DNA of 32,000 bases, taken from Candidatus Saccharimonadota bacterium. Lineage in GTDB: Bacteria > Patescibacteriota > Saccharimonadia > Saccharimonadales > UBA4665. Both the position numbers and the translations under genes were made by a program. This document shows, one piece after another, positions 31,393 through 32,000 of the stretch. How positions within the stretch are numbered: the first letter of the stretch is position 1; each line of letters begins with the position of its first letter. The stretch spans positions 30,001-62,000 of the forward strand of contig OY970350.1 of NCBI GenBank assembly GCA_963718045.1, written 5' to 3'. A model generated the notes under the pieces. It saw only the letters and a list, made by a program, of their open reading frames with translations. It had not been told where the DNA came from and did not search any database.

Positions 31393-32000
31393 GAATAAGC
31401 AGCCTAAAGAAGAAGACAGCGAAGTAAGTATTGAAGAACTGCGCCAGCAGCTAGTAGACAAGGCCAAAAAAGAAGGTCATGTTGCCCAAAGAGATATCCT
31501 GACTCTATATCCAGATACGCCAGAAAATGCTGAAGCGCTGGATTCGCTCTATACCGATCTAGCCGACGCTAATATTGAGATTGTTACCGACGTAGGCGAT
31601 GATGTTGCTTTTAATGATGAGTGGGTCAGTGAGGATGCTGAGGAAGAGATAGTAAATAACGCCGCCGTCTATTTAGATGATGACATTGCCGATGACTCAG
31701 TCAGGTTATATCTGAGAGAGATTGGCAAGATACCTCTTTTAACGGCTGATGAAGAACTTGAGCTGGCTAAAAAAGTGGTGGCTGGTGACAAAGACGCTAA
31801 AGAAAAAATGGCCGAAGCAAACATGCGTTTGGTTGTTTCTATTGCTAAAAGATATGTTGGCCGGGGTTTAGATCTGCTTGACCTTATCCAAGAAGGCAAT
31901 ACGGGACTGCTTCGAGCAGTTGAGAAATTTGATCCGGACAAAGGTTTTAAATTCTCAACATATGCCACCTGGTGGATTAGACAGGCAATTACCCGGGCAA
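31385..32000 (+). CDS. rpoD: RNA polymerase primary sigma factor RpoD, N-terminal part (3' end outside window)
   Basis: ATG 31385 overlaps the dnaG end by 8 nt and is preceded by SD GGAAGGGGG. The translation contains [64 protein letters not shown] and [18 protein letters not shown] (sigma70 regions 1.2 to 2.4). The frame is open to the window end. It is absent from the ORF track because no stop is reached. Confidence 0.95.
   Translation, partial: MPKNKQPKEEDSEVSIEELRQQLVDKAKKEGHVAQRDILTLYPDTPENAEALDSLYTDLADANIEIVTDVGDDVAFNDEWVSEDAEEEIVNNAAVYLDDDIADDSVRLYLREIGKIPLLTADEELELAKKVVAGDKDAKEKMAEANMRLVVSIAKRYVGRGLDLLDLIQEGNTGLLRAVEKFDPDKGFKFSTYATWWIRQAITRA

Noticed and set aside
31669-31968. 99-aa minus-strand ORF
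   Set aside because: It is antisense to the open rpoD frame, which shows sigma70 regions 1.2 to 2.4. It is spurious.
1-32000. CRISPR arrays, IS elements, integrases, rRNA genes, long direct or inverted repeats
   Set aside because: I recognised none while reading the window. The only repeat families seen are the pilin paralogs and short promoter or operator motifs. A computational repeat scan was not possible here.

Overview
The window is a gene-dense (about 90% coding), standard-code, moderately AT-rich bacterial chromosome segment. It starts next to the replication-origin cluster (3' end of dnaN, then recF) and ends in dnaG-rpoD. Compact genes, many 4-14 nt overlaps, an acidic-N-terminus Hsp20, a PGI/PMI-type isomerase and a minimal T4SS-like locus suggest a reduced-genome Patescibacteria/CPR organism, possibly Saccharibacteria-like. 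This placement is inference only.

Most genes are housekeeping:
- Translation and RNA: valS, argS, tsaD, orn, tRNA-Ser(UGA), tRNA-Arg(GCG).
- Chaperones: groES-groEL with twin CIRCE operators, hsp20.
- Envelope: LCP ligase, PIG-L deacetylase, MurE-like ligase, a GT-C-like glycosyltransferase.
- Redox: msrB, FMN reductase.

The standout is 1286-7787, a chromosomal T4SS-like locus with two divergent operons. One encodes a PrgI/VirB3-like protein, a 290-aa unknown and a VirB4 ATPase. The other encodes six tandem, translationally coupled VirB2/TrbC-like pilin paralogs with conserved hairpin cores and variable cysteine-paired heads. No relaxase, coupling protein or integrase is in view.

Other notable points:
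- DnaG has lost all four zinc ligands.
- An XRE-HTH is fused to a HAD domain with a DxN motif.
- A class II Fic gene lies alone next to the tRNAs.
- The hsp20 leader may be an RNA thermometer.
- -10 boxes recur 6-9 nt upstream of ATG codons, suggesting widespread leaderless transcription.

All calls come from reading the sequence and ORF track. No searches or computations were run.
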